A stretch of DNA of 64,000 bases, taken from an uncultured virus (IMG/VR IMGVR_UViG_3300006735_000024) (taxonomy: Duplodnaviria > Heunggongvirae > Uroviricota > Caudoviricetes). Within the stretch, counting starts at the first letter, position 1. The number at the start of each line of letters is the position of its first letter. This document shows, piece after piece, positions 59,874 to 64,000 of the stretch. The stretch lies in the IMG/VR virus record IMGVR_UViG_3300006735_000024. The stretch is one strand, 5' to 3'. Position numbers and translations under genes: made by a program. The notes beneath the pieces are model-generated. The model was not told where the DNA came from. It made no database searches and was given only the letters and a program-made list of their open reading frames with translations.

Positions 59874-61901
59874 CTACGGACAACTACACAAACCATCGTG
59901 TGCATTCGGGACATCAAAGAGATAAGTGTCTGTTGGAATTTCTGAATTTTCCTCATCCTCTTGTGCAACAATTGTCGATAATACATGATTGGGAATCTTA
60001 TACATCTGAACAATATGCTTATGAAAATAAACTCCAGACTCTCCTTCCTCTGGAATTTCACACGGATCATCGCCTACTCTAAAGTAACCTCCAACTGGCA
60101 TCATTTGGAATGCTTCTGGATAGTCATTGAAATCATCATTTGCCAAGTTTACTCCAGGTCCTGCGAAGACATCATTCTCCTCATCTAAGTTCATCAATTC
60201 GTTTATGTTGTATGCGGGAGAATCATCCGAATCTCCTTCCATACCACCTTCTACAGCAACCACCGTGACCGGAGCGCCTTCTGGTGTTATAACTTCACCA
60301 CCGTCCTGATCGATGAAATCTTTTGGCCAGATTTCCACTTCTCTCCAAGAATATTCATATATTCCTGCTCTACCATTATCTTGAACCTTCACCGCATCTT
60401 CTATCACTGCAAAGAATGTGTACTTCTGTAAATCTTCTGCATCACAGCAAACAGATTGACTATAGACGTTCCATTTTTCTTTTAAATTTTTCTTCTCAAC
60501 ATAGTTCTGGTAATTTTGTTTTATTGGTTCTTTAATTTCATCTTTAATTATCTTTGCGGTTTCGGGATCTAAGTTTGTTTGATCAAACATAGTTTGCCAC
60601 ATTATATCGTTTGTTTTTCCATACTTCCCGTCAGTTTGTATACTTCCCATATAGTCGTGATTATTACTACCATAATAATTGTACGGAGAAGAAAAGTAAC
60701 CATAGAGACCACTTTCATCATATTTTCTTCTCGACTTAGGATGTATGTTCATCGGATCACTGATATCAATTGATGTATCAAATGTTTCCGGTAACAATTT
60801 ATACTTTTCTATTCTACCACCACCGTCAGCATCACCCCACAAATCAGAATCTCTGTGGTAGTCATAGGTTATGATTTCTCGTTCTCCCCAACTGTCGGAA
60901 TTGCTTCTAGAGTGGTTGGAAGTAAAATCTAAATATTCAAAATAATCGTCATCATAGTTTGGTTTTATTAATTCATAATAAGAAGAATATGCTCCATTTT
61001 GCAAAGACGCTAGATGATCATACTCTGAAACAATCTTAAATGATTCTATTCTGGGATCACCAAACTCCCCCCACTCACTAACTGGAACATTTTGATCTGT
61101 GATGTAGTAGGTTCTTGCCTTATCTTCACCAAACAAACCAAATCCCCAAGTTGTGTCCGAATCATCAATCAGTTTTCTAATCGATTTGAAATGCCAACCA
61201 TTGAAATCTTGCCAGAATAAGTAATTAACACCAAGTGTATCCTCTGTTACAGAATTCTCACAAATATTATTCATAAGACTCAATAAGTTTGGAGGATGAA
61301 CGTCCTTCCCCCAAGGATACATCATGTGATTTTTCTTCAACCACATTGAATTGTGAGTTTCCTCAACTGAGGTTGGTTCTTGTGCATGACTCATAGAAGT
61401 AGAGCCTGGATCTAAATACTTTTCTGCTATTGTTTGCACAAACTCACTATTAAGTCCAATGAAGTCATTGTCCATGTAATCTAAAACGCCGTTGTCAAGA
61501 AAATAACTTTCACATGCGATTAAATCAAGTTCCCAACCTGCTCCTGCCCTACCTTTGTCTCCAGATAGTGCTTGAGTAAATGCTTCGTCTCCAAGAAACC
61601 TAACATTACTTACGCACAAAGTCAGAGTGTGTGAAGAATTCGGAATGTCTGGTGATTCAAATTGTATTTCTACCTTCTCGTTACCAATCATGTTGAAATA
61701 ATCACCGACAATTCCGGGATCTTTTATCTTCAACAACCCAGTAATTCCAGTTTGAAATACACTCTCTATTAAGTTTAAATTTGCAAATATAGATTTAGCG
61801 GATTCAGGACCTGGGATAACATCCAATACCTGTCCCTCTGGTTTTATAATCTTAATAGTGGATATATTAATCGCTGATCTTAATTGTCTTTCATTAGGCA
61901 T
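59874..61901 (-). CDS. N-terminal/main portion of a baseplate hub (gp27-like) protein
   Basis: NLIESVFQTGITGLLKIKD, GNEKVEIQF, YLFWQDFNGWHFKSI, D-LASLQNGAYSS; immediately downstream of gp53. Confidence 0.65.
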   Translation of the reverse strand: MPNERQLRSAINISTIKIIKPEGQVLDVIPGPESAKSIFANLNLIESVFQTGITGLLKIKDPGIVGDYFNMIGNEKVEIQFESPDIPNSSHTLTLCVSNVRFLGDEAFTQALSGDKGRAGAGWELDLIACESYFLDNGVLDYMDNDFIGLNSEFVQTIAEKYLDPGSTSMSHAQEPTSVEETHNSMWLKKNHMMYPWGKDVHPPNLLSLMNNICENSVTEDTLGVNYLFWQDFNGWHFKSIRKLIDDSDTTWGFGLFGEDKARTYYITDQNVPVSEWGEFGDPRIESFKIVSEYDHLASLQNGAYSSYYELIKPNYDDDYFEYLDFTSNHSRSNSDSWGEREIITYDYHRDSDLWGDADGGGRIEKYKLLPETFDTSIDISDPMNIHPKSRRKYDESGLYGYFSSPYNYYGSNNHDYMGSIQTDGKYGKTNDIMWQTMFDQTNLDPETAKIIKDEIKEPIKQNYQNYVEKKNLKEKWNVYSQSVCCDAEDLQKYTFFAVIEDAVKVQDNGRAGIYEYSWREVEIWPKDFIDQDGGEVITPEGAPVTVVAVEGGMEGDSDDSPAYNINELMNLDEENDVFAGPGVNLANDDFNDYPEAFQMMPVGGYFRVGDDPCEIPEEGESGVYFHKHIVQMYKIPNHVLSTIVAQEDEENSEIPTDTYLFDVPNAHDGLCSCP

Positions 61902-61913
61902 GATAATTCACTT

Positions 61914-62960
61914 TCAATTCAATTCAATCAACCGAGTCGTTCCTCTTGGAACAGCACCACTTAATAAACTTTCCAATTCATCAACGATAATATTTGCCAT
62001 TCTTGGGACAATCAATTTGATATTTCTATTTCTGTCATTGGTATTCATAATATCTGCGTATGTGGTAAGAATTTCTATTTTAGGATTTAAATTATCTGTG
62101 ATATAATCATAAAGAATTGTTCCTGTCATTCCGCACAGACTTTGGTATGAGAAAAAGTCACCACTTGGACCATCATCTTGACCGTCGATGTTTGAAAGAT
62201 AGGCAGAATATGGATTTACATCATCTCCTTCATATTTAAAACTTACAATACTATCTTTGATACTATCTTTTCTTTGAATGATACCAAAGGTAGAACCGGA
62301 GGTTGCACACAGTTCTCCCCAATGAGTAAATGTGTCATTACTTTCAGGACCGGAAATCCCAACGCATGATGTTGAACCGAAGTATGGTTGGTAGCAACCA
62401 GTTTCACCAAATCCACCAATAGAAACATAGTTACCTTCTACACCTTTTCTAAAAATATGAACCTCGTCTCCAGCGTTCAATGTACCAGAACCAATCTTCA
62501 CATCTAATTTTCTCAGAAGAGGATCATAACTATCTACAACTCCATATTTGTCTATGTCAATACCTGCGGTTCCACCACCTCCGTTTTCCACAGAAACAGT
62601 ATCTCTCTTTACAATGACATCACCATGTCTCGCATCGAGTCCTTCAAACAAGTAGTAACTGTTTCCACTTAGAAAAGCAGAAAACAACCTATCAAGTTCG
62701 GACATAGATTTAGGCCATTCGTTTTCTATATCAATTATGTTATTGCAAAGTAGAACTAACCACCAATAGGAAGGACTTCCGTAAAATTTATTGGCAATAT
62801 CATCGGGACTTTCTCCCTCGATTACCAAATACTCCTCGAAGTTTTTCTTATCGTTCAGTGTCTTCTCTGTAAATTGAACTCTACGAAATATATCCTGAAC
62901 AGAAACCCCAACCAATTGAGGAAAGTCATATTCAATTTTAGGAAACCTATTAAAATACAT
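61914..62960 (-). CDS. gp53: Baseplate wedge protein
   Basis: MYFNRFPKIEY, GESPDDIA-KFYG---YWWLVLL-NNIID---EWP, ND-NRNIKLI. Confidence 0.88.
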   Translation of the reverse strand: MYFNRFPKIEYDFPQLVGVSVQDIFRRVQFTEKTLNDKKNFEEYLVIEGESPDDIANKFYGSPSYWWLVLLCNNIIDIENEWPKSMSELDRLFSAFLSGNSYYLFEGLDARHGDVIVKRDTVSVENGGGGTAGIDIDKYGVVDSYDPLLRKLDVKIGSGTLNAGDEVHIFRKGVEGNYVSIGGFGETGCYQPYFGSTSCVGISGPESNDTFTHWGELCATSGSTFGIIQRKDSIKDSIVSFKYEGDDVNPYSAYLSNIDGQDDGPSGDFFSYQSLCGMTGTILYDYITDNLNPKIEILTTYADIMNTNDRNRNIKLIVPRMANIIVDELESLLSGAVPRGTTRLIELN

Positions 62961-62975
62961 GAATCTTTCCTCTTA

Positions 62976-63749
62976 TTATTTTACCTGACTTCTTGACTTG
63001 ATTGTGTTTCCGGCAGCAACTGCTGGTTCTAGTTCTTGGAAGTCGCATGTGAGAGTGGTAATCGCAGGATAATATTTAAAGTTTTTACCATGTCCATATG
63101 TTCCTTCTGGTGTGGTGTTGATTGTGACCTTAGTTAGAACAGAAGGAAGAACTTTAAACAACCATGTTTCATTAGGATTAGTTGTACCAGGCCCCATAGC
63201 ATTTATATGCCAAACTGCCGGGTGAATTACTCTAGATGCACTTTCAAGTCCAGACATCATCGGATATGCACACGTTTGAAATGCATTAGCGATCTTTGCT
63301 ATTTCGGGTGCATCTTTGTCGCATTTCGGTATGAGTCTCCACTCAAATGAATGTGTTCTAAAGTTTGCCCCTTGGTAAATCGAATCCCTCATATCCATAG
63401 GTCTTTGTCCCATAAGAGAACTCACACCAAGTAGGTCTTTTGCAACCGAAAGGAAACCACCCCCTGTTTTGAAGAATTCAGCAATTCCACCAGAAGTTAA
63501 ATCAAACATATGACCTGTCTCGGTTTCTCCCATACCATATGAAATTGAATTTTCTCTTGCCATATTTTTAACAAAAGGTAGAACTATATCTGCAAAAGAA
63601 GAACCGGAATCTGGTGCTTCGTCTCTCACTTCTGAAAAAATGCTATATGGTTGCGCCTGAAATCTTAATTTGAGTGGGGTGTTGTCTGCCCCATCCAAAC
63701 CGCACTGAGACGACGGCCATTGTAATTTTCCAAAATTAGGTTGCGACAT
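62976..63749 (-). CDS. gp48: Baseplate tail-tube cap (gp48-like)
   Basis: YQGANFRTHSFEWRLIPK, P-VLT-V-IN-TP-G, TLTCDFQELE. Confidence 0.75.
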   Translation of the reverse strand: MSQPNFGKLQWPSSQCGLDGADNTPLKLRFQAQPYSIFSEVRDEAPDSGSSFADIVLPFVKNMARENSISYGMGETETGHMFDLTSGGIAEFFKTGGGFLSVAKDLLGVSSLMGQRPMDMRDSIYQGANFRTHSFEWRLIPKCDKDAPEIAKIANAFQTCAYPMMSGLESASRVIHPAVWHINAMGPGTTNPNETWLFKVLPSVLTKVTINTTPEGTYGHGKNFKYYPAITTLTCDFQELEPAVAAGNTIKSRSQVK

Positions 63750-63769
63750 TTTTCTTTTCTCCGTTTACT

Positions 63770-63779
63770 AATATATATT
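63770..63779. promoter_or_regulatory. Palindromic AATATATATT, candidate bidirectional late promoter for gp48 and gp4
   Basis: Perfect palindrome centred in the 50-bp divergent intergenic region. Confidence 0.45.
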
Positions 63780-63799
63780 CATGTTAAGGATTATCTTTT

Positions 63800-64000
63800 A
63801 TGGCATATAAAACAAAGTATAAAATAGAAAACCCTTCAAAATATATAGGTGATCCTACCAAAATTATATGCAGGTCTTTATGGGAAAGAAGAGTTTGTAA
63901 ATATTTAGATGAAAATATAAATGTTCTGAGATGGGGGAGTGAAGAATTGATTATTCCCTATTACTCACCAGTTGATAAAAAGAACCACCGTTACTATCCA
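63800..64000 (+). CDS. gp4: Head completion protein (gp4-like nuclease), 5' part; runs off the window
   Basis: Manual translation MAYKTKYKIENPSKYIGDPTKIICRSLWERRVCKYLDEN-NVLRWGSEELIIPYYSPVDKKNHRYYP; TAAGGA SD. Confidence 0.9.
   Translation, partial: MAYKTKYKIENPSKYIGDPTKIICRSLWERRVCKYLDENINVLRWGSEELIIPYYSPVDKKNHRYYP

Noticed and set aside
56168..61901. Stop-codon readthrough or genetic-code reassignment joining the hub parts
   Set aside because: The 675-aa and 983-aa ORFs are out of frame (8-nt gap), the last ORF has its own SD, and conserved genes end at expected lengths with TAA, TAG and TGA
483..62428. Numerous 60-245 aa plus-strand and alternate-frame ORFs in the track (e.g. 17490-17966, 34233-34838, 44089-44709, 57249-57986)
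   Set aside because: They lie within well-supported minus-strand genes, lack recognisable motifs and look like shadow ORFs
1..64000. tRNA, rRNA or large ncRNA genes
   Set aside because: Intergenic gaps are short (the largest about 135 bp) and show no cloverleaf or rRNA signatures by eye; a covariance-model scan was not run

Overview
This is a 64-kb segment of an AT-rich T4-like myovirus genome with gene order resembling marine cyanophages and uncultured T4-like phages. Every well-supported gene is on the minus strand except the partial gp4 at the right end. From left to right: a replication/recombination module (gp44, gp45, RNase H, gp46/47, gp55, UvsW, UvsY) containing an amino-MTase, a pyrimidine-dimer glycosylase and an unusual thioredoxin-like/type II glutamine synthetase fusion. 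Next come head, tail and neck genes (gp3, 23, 22, 21, 20, two gp19 copies, a short gp18, 17, 16, 15, 14, 13). A ~19-kb array of collagen-headed, very cysteine-rich 'GACC'-repeat proteins follows, including two paralogous pairs, a vWA insertion and Lcl/DUF1566-like tips. Baseplate genes close the window (gp8/7-like, 6, 25, 53, 48), where the hub gene appears split around another Cys-rich gene. Visible regulatory features are late promoters with a degenerate core (TATAAATA/TATACATA/ATATATA), an RBS-occluding hairpin at gp13, a UUCG terminator after gp23 and a near-consensus sigma70 promoter pointing antisense next to gp55. All calls come from motif recognition and synteny; no database searches were run.
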